Positions 38,746 to 52,664 of a stretch of 64,000 nucleotides of DNA are shown here, in pieces. The stretch's first letter is position 1. Each line of letters begins with the position of its first letter. This stretch comes from Chiloscyllium plagiosum (taxonomy: Eukaryota), in the NCBI RefSeq assembly GCF_004010195.1, contig NC_057711.1:140306912-140370911 (forward strand), written 5' to 3'. Below the pieces are notes generated by a model that was given only the letters and a program-made list of their open reading frames with translations, was not told where the DNA came from and ran no database searches. The translations under genes and the position numbers were made by a program.

Positions 38746-39799
38746 TGGCAGAAATAGGAAACAGTTGTTGTGAGAGTGACTAGTGTGTCACTGAACCTGT
38801 TGGCGAGGAACAACATTGCAAAAGCTCATTTTTTGACGATTAAGTTTCCAATAAGTATTTTGTTGGATTTGAACATCCACAGCCTTATGAACAGGCCATT
38901 TAGGTTCTTCCACCAGTTAGAAGAGAAATGTACTTTATATACAATTCATGAAGAATGTATTCACAAGTCTAAGCACAACAATGCTGGATGACTTTCAGGA
39001 AGCTTGACTAATTCCAATGGAATTTTTATGGAGATAATAGATAGGAATGAAGCTGAAGTTCTGAGATAGATTCAGTCATCAGATCCATTTAACAACAATA
39101 ACACATTAATCCCAGGCTTCACTGCTGATTGACAAAATCAGCCAAAATTGCTAATGTAACCTCTGTTGAGGGGACACTCCAGTCACTAGAATCTTGGGTA
39201 TATTACCACTGAGTTGCAGATAACTTTGTAAATTCAATGCCACTGTCAGTAAAGTTCAATTACTAAACCAGGGCCTTCTGCCATTGAGCTATGCAAATTT
39301 ACCTGGTTAAACTACAACATCATTCAGAACACTAAGAGCCCCAAGGCTTGGCTTCTACCAAGCCATACTTCTGTTCTCTGATAAATTGGGCATGTTCTAC
39401 TGTAAGTATTCCAAACTGGGTGTATAAAATCTCTACCTCAGGAGGCAAGTTTTAAAGGATTATGAAGAATCTGAGCTGCACTGTGGTTGAAGAAGGTTCC
39501 TTTAAAGTATGATCACTGTGGGAGAAGAGGCCCAAGAAATGTTATTATTCTAATTATTTCCTTTGCTTCTTAAAATTGCATTTAATACAGAAAACTCAAT
39601 GGATTGAATTTTATTAGGGAGAGGGGAGAGAAAGTATTGCTTGTACTCCCCAAAAAGAAATTCACTCCTGAACCAATATAAAATATGGCAAATTGCAGCC
39701 CGAACACACAGCGCATGGCTTTATGAGGAGGGGATTTGAATTATATCCCTCAGTGCCATCTTCGAGAGCCGCTGTTTTAAAAAATTCTCAAGGTCAGGT

Positions 39800-40512
39800 T
39801 CGTAGGAGAGTAGTCTGACACAGAACAAACGACCAAGAGGCGAGTCTGCTAGAATATGGGCATTTTATTCCCCGCAGCGTCGCCACAACAAGGTTTCATA
39901 CAACGGGTCTGGCTTATACTCACTCTACATGTTACCGGAACTGGGAGCCGTCAGTTCTCGTAGAGCGGTTGCCAACAACCCACGCTCGGCGGTTAAACGT
40001 AACCCCGGAGCAGACTCACCGAACTGGAGACTTTTCCAGCTGATATACTCTTTTCCAGATATAAACATTCATGTGAACAGCAGAGCAAGGCTAAAAAACA
40101 CATTCCATTCTGGTTACATACAGATAAGAAGATTCACACGGGGAGGTGTGTAATAAGATTCACACGGAACTAAGCAACACCTCCATTCCGGTTAGATTCA
40201 CACATGTATTGGGACATAATTTTTAACCGTTTCACCACATTCCACTGCTTGGCCCAATACATGTGTTACATTATGATTCACACATGTATTGGGACATAAT
40301 TTTACACCACAGCCGCCAACCAATTGGTTGCCCACTTGCTTTAGCAGTTCCCAGCAGTATCACAACTCTGAATATTGGATGGGGGACGGATTGCAGAGCT
40401 TTGGCAATGGGGATTGTCTGGTTGACAGGTGACATTTTACAGGGGAGGGGACTTTCCCCAGGTATGCATAATGCACTGTCCAGAGGATATGCCTTCCCCC
40501 TTCATTCCTATT
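39800..40512 (-). mobile_element. Probable LTR-like element, CpG-rich
   Basis: CpG retention above the flanks; minus-strand AATAAA at about 39863; CCAAT; internal repeats of agattcacac; kB motif at 40448. Confidence 0.4.
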
Positions 40513-43389
40513 AGCCATTTGTAAATGTGGCTTCCAACCCTGCGTAAGGCAACGGTTAATTGTACTATTAACAGCCTCAATTGACTTGCTTTAAAAAATG
40601 GAGGTGAGTTGCCAATTTTCGCCTATTGTTTTATGAAGAATGGGTCATGGAATGGACATGGTGATATTGGGCTTGCCAACATCATCATACTTTACATGGT
40701 CCCCAAAAAAAGGTAATATTCAATCCATTGAATACTTTTAATCATTCTTCCTAGATTTTGGAAAAAGTAACTAGGTGGTAGGGCTGGACCTACAAAATAC
40801 ATTTTATAATGCACCAGAACTGTCTCATAGATTAAAGAGCAATGTAATACTATAAAAAAGTATGTATTCCCTTTAATTTTGTTTCAACACTGCAAACGCG
40901 TAACTCTGTCTTATATAAAGTACACTTCACAGTTCATCTTTGAAAGCTCCTTCTGTGACCTTAGTTGGAAGCAGCACTCCAGGCAGAGCAAGCAAGATGC
41001 AGACCTTTTACTTCAGTTCAGAGCAATTGCACATCTCTGTCAGAATCACCTGCAGAGACTGACAGTAAACAAGTTCATGTAGCAGAGCGATTTTTACTTG
41101 TGCACTGCAAAGTCATTCTCTGACTGAACACCATCAGTAACCCATTAAAACCTCAACTCAGCACCAATTTCTGAAGGCAGTGTGTTATGTGTGCAGTTCC
41201 TCTTTATCTGCTGGGCCTATCTCATAGCCATAATCTCAAGTCCAATTATTTTTTTGTATATAGATAAAATCACAAACAGGTACACCTTGGTCAAAGTGCT
41301 TCCCTCTGTCATTGCGAAAGGAACTTCTTGAATGAAGTGTTACCTTTATGAAAACACCATCAAAATGAACTACAGCATCAAGCCCCTCATGTTACCCACA
41401 CCAAAACGGTTGAGAGATTTCAATTACTAGAGAAAATTCCTCAATGTAAAATCCCTTGAAAATGAGCACTGACATTTCTTAAATCAAATAAAAGGCCATC
41501 AAATCTGCAAACCAGATTTCAAAAGAAAATACTGTACAATACAAAGATCCAGCAGCACCTGTGGAGAAAAGATTGGTTTGGGTGTGAACTCTTCGGAGTT
41601 GATCCTTTTAATAAACTGATAGGGATTTATGTTTCTCTTAAAACGCAATCGTTATATCCATGCAGAGCAAATCCAAACGTAGCATGGACTAACTGACTTC
41701 ATTAGAAGTCCTCTTCACAAATTTTATATTGATTGAATAAACACCATATACCTGTACAATACACTTTCATTGATGTCTGTGCAACTCTGCAAATGCTTAG
41801 AAACATTAACTGTTTAAAGCTCCCCCACCATTTTTTCAGAACCCTGGAATTTTATACTGGTATTCATCCATCCATCATGACTGTGGAGGTTCTCTGAAAG
41901 AGCCATTCCCATAGGTTAATTCCTCCGTCCATTCCAGATACGCGCAGCAGCTTAAGGGGACCAATGCATGCACAAGTTTCTCAAGAGTTTTAGCAGCTGG
42001 GAGGAAAAATACATGAGTTTATTACCTTGGCCATGCCTCTATATGGTTCCTACCACTTTTTGCACAATAGACTGATCAGCATTTAGTAAAATGACGGCAC
42101 TGTATGTAAACATGGAAAAGAGTGATTCATTCTTCCAGCCATGTCTTATCAGCAAAAAACATATTTAGCTCCCGTTTTTATATTTCCCTCTCACCTAATA
42201 TATGAATGAGCAAATCAAAGCTCAGTGTATTTCAAAGTTTAATAACTAAAATAGTAAATACAATCACACCATGTTATCACTGTTTATTGGAGGATGTTTG
42301 TTTTTGTTTTGGAAGTTTGGCATGTACCTTTAAATTTACAGTTCCTACCAAAGTCAGAGAAACACCAGCAGTAAATGACTGACTGGCATTTACTTTTTTG
42401 ATTCAAGCATAACACAGTAAATGTGGAAGTGCACTGTCCAAATTGTGAAGTCTGGTGTGACAAATGCACCTCAATTTTTTTTATAATTTAAAACATCCCT
42501 ATTAGCTTTATTTTTAATACTTAACAACACACAACCTAAAATCAGAAGTTCAGTAGTCAATCAATTAATTTAAGAGTATTTGCTCATTGCTACACATAGA
42601 AATTTACGGTACCGCTGATTTAACATCCTGAAACTGTACATATTAGAATAGCTGAAACTATAATAAGGGGAAAATAGTTATCTATTTAACTTGCATTCTG
42701 TACATAATGCATTTTTATGCAGTCATTTCTTGTGATGTTGAAAGCATTGCCCTGATATTAGATTCTTGACATGTGGCAGAAATACGTTGTAAGCAAAGCT
42801 CTCTGTCAATTATCGTGACGTCTGTGACATGCTGATGTCACCTGCTTTCATTGTGGCTCAGCCTTTGCTTTCATGAGAGAAGAATGTTTTCTTCTTGAGT
42901 GACATGAAAGGGTGGCGAATAGATAAAAGGAGTCAAAAGTAAGATTCGGTATTTTTTTTTGTCTGGTTTTGTAAACAAGCTTGAAGCCTTTTCTAGATGT
43001 TAAACAGATTAGAGTGTCATTTTTATTTTGGCCCAGGAATGGACAGTGATAGTCAGATTTTTTAAAAAAATGTAAACTCCATAAACTTCAATTGTTACAG
43101 GTGCTAAATCAGATGTGATAGAACCCACCAAAAATCCGATCTTACAGAGTTAGTATCTAATGAATACTCAACGTGCCACTCCAGTGAGAGAAAGACATCA
43201 ACAAGCCAGAAACATCAGTGTACCACCATCATCATATACTAGCTGTGAATGAACCAGCATATAGTCATTACTGTAATGTATACTTAGTTATTACTCTATG
43301 ACAGAGTCAGGAATATGCTCCTGTACAATTGCTAAGATTAAATAAGATTAGCAAATTTACTTGCATTTAAAGTGATGATAGTGTGGTAA

Positions 43390-44685
43390 TAGCAGCTGAA
43401 GGTAGGGCAGGGTGTGAAAATATGCATGTCACAGGGCTTTCAGAAAACATAAGAAAGTAAGGAAAGGAGGAAGGGTGTGGTGTTGGTTAAGTGGAACATT
43501 GCAGTACTGGAGAAAAAGGATGGCTAGAAAGTTCAAGCACAGAACTTATTTAACTAGAATCAAGGAACAATAAGGGTACAATGATATTGCCCAGTATAAT
43601 TTACAGATCCCTAAATTGTGGGACAATGTAAAAGATCAAATCTGCATCATACAGTAGTTATAACAGGGAACTTAAATTACATGAATATAAACTAGCATGC
43701 TGGCAGTGTTAAGGGCAGTGAGGGGCAAATATTCTGAGACTATGTTCAGGAAAAATATTCTTTGGCAGTATGTGTCAAGTATAACAAGAAAAGAGGCACT
43801 TCTAGACCTAGGTTCCTAGGAATGAGATGAGCCAAGTAGGTCAATGACAGTGGGCAAAACATCTCAAGGATAGTGATGATAATAGGTTTTGAATAGAAAA
43901 AGGCAATGAACTTCCAGAGTATGAATAATCAGCTAAGGGAGAGTCGACTTCAATGGAGCAAGAACAGAGCTGAGTCAAATAGACTGGAGTCAAAGGTTGG
44001 CAGGAGTAAACAAAACCAGAGATCCCTGGATGTACATGTGCATAAGTCATTAAAGGAGGCAGGACAGGTGAAGAGTGTACATATAAGAGCATAAAGCACA
44101 TATTCACCTAGGCTTTATTAACAGGGCTGCAGAGTATAAGAACAAGGAGGTTATGATGATCTTACATTGGATACTGGTTAGCCATTAGCTGCAGTATTGT
44201 GTACAACTCTGGAAGTCACAGTTCAGACAAGATGTAAATACATTAGAGAGAGAGAGTTCAGGGAAGAGAAACTGCAATTATGAAGATAGTTGGAAAATTG
44301 GGACTTCTTTCTTAGAAAGGAGATGGCAAAGAGGAAATTTAATTGAAATTTTCAAAATCATGACAGGTCTGAACAGAGTAGACAGGGATAAACCATTCCT
44401 GCTTGTGAAAGAATTAAGAAGTAGAGGGCATGAATTAAAGAAGTGAGAAACTTATTTTTCACACAGCAAATGGTTTGAGTCTGAAATGCTGTGCCTGGAC
44501 ATGTGGTGAAGGCAGTTTCAATCAAGGTACTCAAGAAGGCATTTGGTAGTTGCTTAAATAAAAATAACACTGCAGGGTTATGGAGAAAGGGTAGATGATT
44601 GGCTCTAAGTCATGAAGCTCAGTTAGGGAACCAATGCAGATATGATAAGTCAAATGGCCATCTTCTGCACTACAACAATTCTGTG
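43390..44685 (+). mobile_element. Old CR1 fragments (endonuclease region joined to the 3' end)
   Basis: Decayed GNLNY/LDL/SDD endonuclease motifs followed by the RDPWMYMH/LQYCVQLW region and tail aaatggccatcttctgcac. Confidence 0.7.
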
Positions 44686-45374
44686 ACTTGGTGATATAGT
44701 CAGAAATGTAGCATAAGACAGCAATTACAGTATCATATACAGACACTAATATGTCAGACAAGGTCACAATACAATCATATAGTTATTACCATACCTTTCT
44801 AAATACTCACTACTCTACTATCTGACAATTGCTACTGTACCTTCAGACACATTCACCATTGAGTTATCATCTACAGTCTCCAATGTAGCATCAAATACAG
44901 CCATTACTAGCGTATCATATAGATCAGCAATCTTCAATGATTTGAACAGGGCGTGGTTATTTTTGGCACTGGTGTTTTCCCATACTCTTTATGCCTGAGA
45001 ATATCTTTGATTTCTTGCCAGTAAATGTCCCCAATATGTTTTATGGATGTAACAATATAAAACTACCAAAAATAAAGTCAAAGGCATAGTAGCTATAAAG
45101 TGTTACCAGATTTAGGGTTTTGATAGGTAGTGTCCCCATCTCAGCAAGAGAAGATCCACCTTATGAACTAGAGATGTGCCACAGCCTGTAGAAGCAGGTT
45201 GATTAAAATAACTCTATTTATGCAAATATAGCAGTGCTCAAAATATAGTGTCACTGGTATTTGGGTTGTCCTCCATAATCACAGAAATGTTACATTCATA
45301 TGTACACAATGAGCCACAATTACAGATGGTTCTTAATGGCTCAGTCCATGTGAATATGTCAATTATTACAGCTC

Positions 45375-45782
45375 TGGTTCAGTAGTAGCAACTTTCCTCA
45401 CAGTCAAAACAAACTTGAGAGTTCAAGGCCTACTCCAGAGCATGTAATCTGAGGTAATACTTTAGCACACTATTGAGGGAGTGCTGCATTGTTGGAGCAG
45501 CCATCTTTCTGATTACGTATTCAACCTACCCTTGCTGCCTCTCAATTGAGCATATAAGATCCTACAGCCCCATTAAGATGATCAGGGAATTTCTCCTGGT
45601 GTCCTGGCCAATATTTATCCCTCAAAGGATATCACCAAAATAGATCAATCAACTCATTATTTCAGCAATCCTGTGCTGTATAAATTAGCCACTGAATTTC
45701 TCAACAGTACAACAGTGGTGGCAAAGTCCTTCACTGAACGGTCTAGGTCATAAAAGATGTTGTATGAATGCAAGTTTTTTTT
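45375..45782 (+). mobile_element. Deu-type SINE
   Basis: gagggagtgctgcattgttggag and ggtgtcctggccaatatttatccctcaa motifs. Confidence 0.75.
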
Positions 45783-47642
45783 ATTTACCGTTGACACAGA
45801 GTCATGGCAGTATCTTTTAACCTTATCCATTCACCAAAGTACATCACCACGGTGAATTGAAATATATCACCAAGTGTCACCAATGTAAAATACCTTGCCC
45901 ATCAAAGCTTCAAACCTATCAGAAGAACTAGGCTCAGAAAATTATGAGCAGTAATATGTCAAACGTTACTAAACCATAACTTCAAACCTCAGAATAACAC
46001 CATGACCATGTACAGATACAAATGAGTAGTAAGGACTGCAAATTCTTCCAGCGCAGTAATGTAGTATGGTCCTGTTGACATTTTATTTAAAACTCCTTTA
46101 CAGTCACATTCCTAACAAAAAGCTTTTACTAATTGGTTTGTCGTGTGCTACCAGTTTATTGACATTAGCTAGTGGAACTGTATTCCCACTGGAAGCAAAT
46201 GTCAACTTTAAAAAAAATGCCACTTCTAACTTGTCAAGTTGCTTAGGGTATTGTAGTCAACATAATAGTAAATGTTCCATTCATTACATCAAACATTGTC
46301 TGATGTTTTACTCTGAAACATGGCTGCTTAGCATTTCTCATCATTTCCTAATTTTTAAAGCTTCACTGTTACTAGAAATTGAAGCATTTAGTAGCTTAAA
46401 ACATATACAATTTGAAAACCTGTCAAGAAAAAAAACAGGGAAATCTTTACAGTAAAACTACATAAATTCCTAGATAATACCTAACTGTATAAAGATACAT
46501 TTTTAAAATTCTCTGCAACTTGGAGCCTCATTGGATGAAATTGTGGGTCAATCAAGACTTTTTATACTCAGCTAGTACTCTAGCAAGGCACCTCATCAAA
46601 TTACTGTTAGATATATTTTTAATAACAGTTCATGTATTTGTTGTTCATGTTCAGTAATCAATAAATAAAACCTTTCTTGTTACGTGTTCTTCCTGCTTTG
46701 TACATAGGAACAAAATTATATTGTAATCAGTTACTCTCCAAGTTTGTTTTCCAGTCTTGTTATGCAAAACCTTTATCGAAATGTTGCCATTTCCAATCAT
46801 GTTCCATCATTTAAAAAAAGTAATGTTTTTTAATTAAAATATGTGTTTATAAATGCAGACAAGGCCATTTGACCCTTTGTGCCTGTGCTTGTACTGTTAC
46901 AATTGTCCAATTTGACCTACGCCCCTGTTCTTTCCCCATGGCCGTACAAGTTTTACTTTTCACATATATAACTAGTTCTCTTTTGAAAGTTACTATTGAA
47001 TCTGCTTCCATCATATTGTCAGTCAGTGCATTACAAATCATAAATACTTCCTATGTCATGAAAATTCTCTTCGCTTACCTCCATTCTTTAATCAATTATC
47101 CTGAGTTATTACGAGCACACACTTGTCTCTCCTCACACAATATAGGAACATATCCCAATTCTGTCAGACCTCAAAGGCGGTTTGGTCCAAGTGACCCTCT
47201 CTCAGTACTCCATTGTTAATCTAAAACAAGTGCCACTCTCCAGATCGCACAAGACCCTGTATTATTATATATTATTCTCGCACAGACAAGAACCATTAAT
47301 CTAAACTCATGAGTCTAAAGAAAGAAAGCACAGTCCAACTTTAAGCAGCCATTGCCTAATGAAATAGCTCAAATCCTGGACTTTTATGTTCCATCGTTCC
47401 CTATCTATAGCCTTTCCCACTCTGCTATTCTGCCCATTTGCAGCACCCCCTGCCTTGACACAATCTACTTTCACAAACCATATAATTACATTTCTTACTG
47501 ATTAGCAATGTCCTCAAATCTGTTGGAAAACAAAAATCAAGTCAGTATAACTATTGGCTATTAATTTATTTATCATCCATTTTGCATCACCACTCATAAT
47601 TAATTGAAACTTCATTATGACATAAGCATTAGTCACCTCTCA

Positions 47643-47972
47643 TCGAATCCTTACAGCTTGGGAGGAGACCATTCTGCTCATCAATTCTGCACAAAGCCTC
47701 CAAACAGCATTCCACCCAGACCAACCCCAATCCTATACTCATAAAGCCGTATTTGCCATGGCTAATCCACTTAGCCTACACATCCCTGGACACTACGGGG
47801 CAATTCTACAGATACATCGTTGGACTGTGGGAGGAAATGGGAGCATCTGGCAGAACCCACACTGACACGAGGAAAACATGCAACTCCACACAGGCAGTCA
47901 CCCAAGACTAGAATCAAACCCAGCTCCCTGATACTGTGAGGCAACAGTGTTAACCACTGAGCCACCATGCCA
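47643..47972 (-). mobile_element. HE1-type SINE
   Basis: Reverse complement of the 7820 family. Confidence 0.82.
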
Positions 47973-49229
47973 CTTCTCAAACCAAAAGCTTCTGACTCTT
48001 GGGGCTCTCAACCAGTATCCTGCAATAATTTAGAAATTTTTTTTCTCTCAGTCTGTGCCCAGGAGTAACAAATATCAGAAATCATGATGATTAAGCATTG
48101 AGATGTAAAATTGAACCATGCTAGTTTTGGAATACTGTATTCAGTGTACCCTGGCAACTAGGCAGGAGCAGACAGGCTCCTGAGGGTCTTACTGTTCCAT
48201 CCCCATGCAATGTGCTCTATGTGTCAAAGATACAAAGTTTTTACTTCTCAGAGAAAAAAGTAATTTGACTTTAATTTCAAAGAACTGCATAATTGTTTCA
48301 CCAACAGTCATCCAATTAAAACAGAATATGACAAGTAAAAATGGTCTATTCATCCTGAAAATGGAAACATCATTAGTTGGATTTAGGATTCTATTTTCAT
48401 TATAATTCAATGAAAAAAAATCTTCCTTTTTCTTGGTTTAGCATTTTGCAGTGGGGAAGATACAATTAAATGAGCTGAAGCTGAAATCTAAGTGTTTGCA
48501 ATATAATTGATAATAGGCCTATCTTCTAAATAATTCGTATTAAAAGGCTCTCTTTCAAATTACTAAAGCTTATTGATTAAAGATTATCCATACAATACAA
48601 TGTTGTGCAGGCATTTTCCTAGAACTTATCTTTGCTAATAAGGAAATTTGTGACTTTACAATGGTAAGATGTAAGGAGGTGACTAAACAACCATTCGGGA
48701 GACGAAGAGAATTTCATTTGCACAGTCAATTGTTATGATGTAGAACACATTGCCTGAAAGAATGGTGAAAACAGATTTGATGGTAACATTCAAAAATAAA
48801 TTGATAATATGTATTTGAAAACATTGAAAAATCAGAACTATAGGAAATTGCGGGTATGAAACTAATTGGATAGCTCTTTATGAATATAAAATAAATTAAT
48901 TTACAGAGGTTTCAGGAATTACAAGTGTTATGCTACTTATCAGCCGTGTACACAGGAAACAGAGGAAACAAAGAAATTACCTGATGAACTCTATGCTAAT
49001 TATCCAAATGCTATGCACCTATAGCACCTATAGCACCCAAAAAGAAGCCATATCCCTGCTTCAGATTTCAAAACTAAATACATAAAAGAACTTTGAAATT
49101 TAAACAAAGCAGAACAAGCAATTACAAGCAGGAACATTAACAGTGAATAGGTTAAAATAGAGAAAGAAGCTTGTGTCGTAATTCAGTTATTGCTGCTTGA
49201 CTGAAAGATATTTCAGGTGTTGCCATCTG

Positions 49230-51420
49230 TAGCTAACTTCTTTGGAGACTGTGGACAGCTCAGAAGGAGCAGAAGTGACTTTTATTTTGGCAAAGTCCTC
49301 AGCCTCAGGAGTTGGTTACAGGTGACTCATCAGCATGAATCAACTGATGTCAATTCCTATGGCATGGTGACTCCGATATCTACATTGTAACTTCTGGAAC
49401 ACACCACATTTGTCCTGTTCCAGCAATCTGACAGCAGAATACCATCTATACCATTCAGTGGTTTAGCATTCCCATTGCAGTAACACTGCTGACATTACTT
49501 TGTACCAATAAACACCCAAGTGTCTTCCTCAATTGAATTGCTAGGCTGTGGAAATGTGCCTATTACAGGAAATAGTGTCTTGCACTTTTGACCCATTTCT
49601 CTCAGTGACGGACTTGTAGCTACCCTTACATTTAGCAAGTTGAATCAAGATGTAAGATTTAGAAGCTCTGACCAGAATCCTTACATTGCACAAGGAGTGA
49701 CTTAACGATTGTGACAGCATTTTCAACTTTATCATTGAGCTGTAAGTAGTGACATAATGAAGCTTTCTGTCTCTATCCCCATCTCTTGACAAACACTGCA
49801 AATTGTGAACTTTCATCAGTTACTAGCAAATCATGAGCACGTCTCTTGAACATCTTTTGGAACAGTCTACTCAGAACAGAAGTGAGGATGGCTTCACCTT
49901 TAAAGTGATGAGAATAATCACATATGATAAGCAGGATATTGCGATGTAATTCACAAAGATCAGCCCCAACTATTGACAAAGGCCTAACTATGATCTTGTG
50001 TCATAATAAGGGTTTCTTACAAAGAATTCTAATAAGTCAAACAGATATCATATTTTGGAATGGGTTATTTAACTTTGACTGATATCCTGAGTCAACAGTC
50101 ACGGACTCTGCAGGTTTGTTCTATGGTTAAGCCTGCTGAATGAACGACTGAAATTAATTATTTTTGCAATGCAGCAGGTACATAAATTGTTGTCCTCTGA
50201 ATATCAATCCTCTTGCAGAGTTAGTTTATTTTGAAAGTTAAAGTAATGAATAAATAATTCAGGCATCTCTGAAGTGATATAGGACTTGCCTTGCCAAATA
50301 ATAATTTACAATTATTTCTGCACCAAGTCATCCATTGCAGCTTCATTAAAGTTGTTGCCAGTGTGAATCTCCAACTGGAAGTAATCCACATTTATCAATT
50401 TCTGGTTTTAAAATTAAAATCACAGGTAACAACATCTGGTAGGTTTTGGCAAAGTATCCATTAGGACCATCTTTTCTAATGTCTTATAAGTTACTTTCAG
50501 ATTAGGTTTTTGAAGCAGTAACATTATTCTTTGAAGTATTCAAGGTGCTCCATTTAACTTTAACTTTGATTGGATCCCCACATAATCCTTATCCTGTAGC
50601 AAGGTTTCCTATAAATTGGTGTGTTTCCTCTTATAAAATATCATTTTATCAGTTTGTAACACCACACCATGATCACTGCAGCCAGGTAGTGGCATGGTGG
50701 CTCAGTGATTAGCACTGTTGCCTCCCAGCACCAGAGACCTGGGTTCAATTCCATCCTTGGGTGACAATTTGCATATTCTCCCTGCAGGTGTGTTCCAGTT
50801 TCCTCCCGCATCTAAAAATTTGCAGGATGGGTGGATTGGCCATGCTAAATTGCCCAAAGTGTTTGGGTTAGATGGATCAGCAATGGGAAATGAAAGGTTG
50901 TGGAGATGGAGTAGGATGCTCTTTGGAGGGCTAATGTTAACTCGATGGGCCTTATAGCCTACTTCCTCAATGTAAGGAAGCATTTAATTTTATAGTTGTC
51001 TTTGCTTCACAAACATTTCTCTGAAACCAACTGTCACAAAATCTTCTGCAAAATCTTTAAATACTTGCAGCCCTTCAATCAGCTCATGTATATTTTGTTG
51101 GAAAACATATGGCACTGAACTAATCCCTTATTGCATACACATCCAGCAGGGTTGTCCTGAAGATCTGTTGAATCTTGTCAGATAATATAACTATTCATTG
51201 AGACATTTTTGCCAAAATCCATTTCAGGCGTCAATAAGCATGAAAACTTGAGATTGAGCTAAAGGTGTGGCTACATCTTTAATTATTGGTCAAGGATAAT
51301 GGTCTCACTTGATGATGTTTAGGTTTTATGCAGAGATGTAGCATACCATTCTGGTTAGGTATAGCTGCCATAAAACAAATCCATAAAACTGACATTATTT
51401 CAGGAGCAATGATCTTCTGT
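49230..51420 (-). mobile_element. Heavily decayed Gypsy pol remnant, interrupted by a SINE
   Basis: IVGADLCEL..ILLIICDYSHHF and LVTDESSQFA..FVKRWG integrase-core motifs. Confidence 0.65.
50690..50980 (+). mobile_element. HE1-type SINE
   Basis: Homologous to 7820-8127. Confidence 0.8.
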
Positions 51421-51494
51421 CTGACCAGACCATCATGGCTTTCCTCCACCTTAGCCTTTAAAACGCTGCTGGTACATGTCATAAGACAAAGCGA

Positions 51495-52335
51495 TGTAGA
51501 AATTAAGCTGTGAGGAGGACACAAAAGGGCTGCAGAGAAGTATGGATATGTTAAGTGAATGAACAACAATGTGGAAATTGGAAAAAAATTTGGGTGAATT
51601 TATTTGGTGGCAATTAAAAGATATTAGCTTTTTTGTTCTAAGGCATGAATTTGTAAATCTCGATGTTCAGAAAGACTTTGCTGTATTGTACACCAAACAC
51701 ATATCATTAGCATGGAAGCAGAACAATCAACTCAGAAAACAAAGACATGTGGCCTTTATAATAATAGGGGTTGAAGTCCAAGAATAAAGAAGTTCATTAC
51801 AGTTGAATGGGTTTGGTGAGCCCACACCTGAAATAGTGTGTGCAGTTTTGGTCTCCATATTTACAAGAAGTCTATACTCATGTTTCAAGCAGAACAGTTA
51901 AAGTTCATGAGTTTGGTCACTGGAATGAATAATTTGAGTCTCTATTCTCTGCAATTTAGAAGCACAAGATGTGATCCCAGTGAGACATTAAAGTTTGTGA
52001 CATTGGCTTAACAGAATAAGATCTTTATTTCTCCTAGCTGGGGAATCTAGAACAAGCAGGCACTGTTTTAGCTGATGAGACTGATCAGTTCTGTCTGAGA
52101 TAAGGAGAAATGTATTATTAAAACGTTTGAAAATCTTTGGAATGTTTTTTACCGCACAGAATTGTGGATGTGCCATTTTGAATATAATTAAGGCTGGCAT
52201 AGGCAGATCTTTGGTCTCTCAAAGAATCAAAGGCTATGGGAAATAGGCAGGAAAGTAAAATTGAAGCCATGATCATAATAAGTAGTGAAAGAGGTTCAAT
52301 GCAATGAGTAATCTTATCCTGTTCCTAATCCTTCT
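51495..52335 (+). mobile_element. Old CR1 fragment
   Basis: Decayed ORF2 C-terminus and tail tcctgttcctaat. Confidence 0.7.
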
Positions 52336-52664
52336 ATTTTTATATTCTTATGAAACACAATGCACTGCTTTGTCAAGCCTAATTCAGTACTTTCACTCAA
52401 ATTGTCCAACTCAAATCACTGAATACTTGAGGATATTGACTTTTGCTCATTATTCATGTTTACCATTAGTCCAGTAGTTGGTGTCTACTAATGTTACATT
52501 GTGCAACCATAGCAATTTGAAATCCGAGATGGCTGCCAGACTCCAGCTTAATTATAACACACTTTGAACCATCTAATTATTTGCACTGATCACATTGATG
52601 ACAAATAGCTATTTTCCCTGCATTGTCATCCATTGCTTTAGCGGTCTCTCTGTGTGCAGATAGT

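Noticed and set aside
40120-40305. Spaced agattcacac repeats resembling a CRISPR array
   Set aside because: Eukaryotic context, irregular repeat and spacer lengths, no cas genes.
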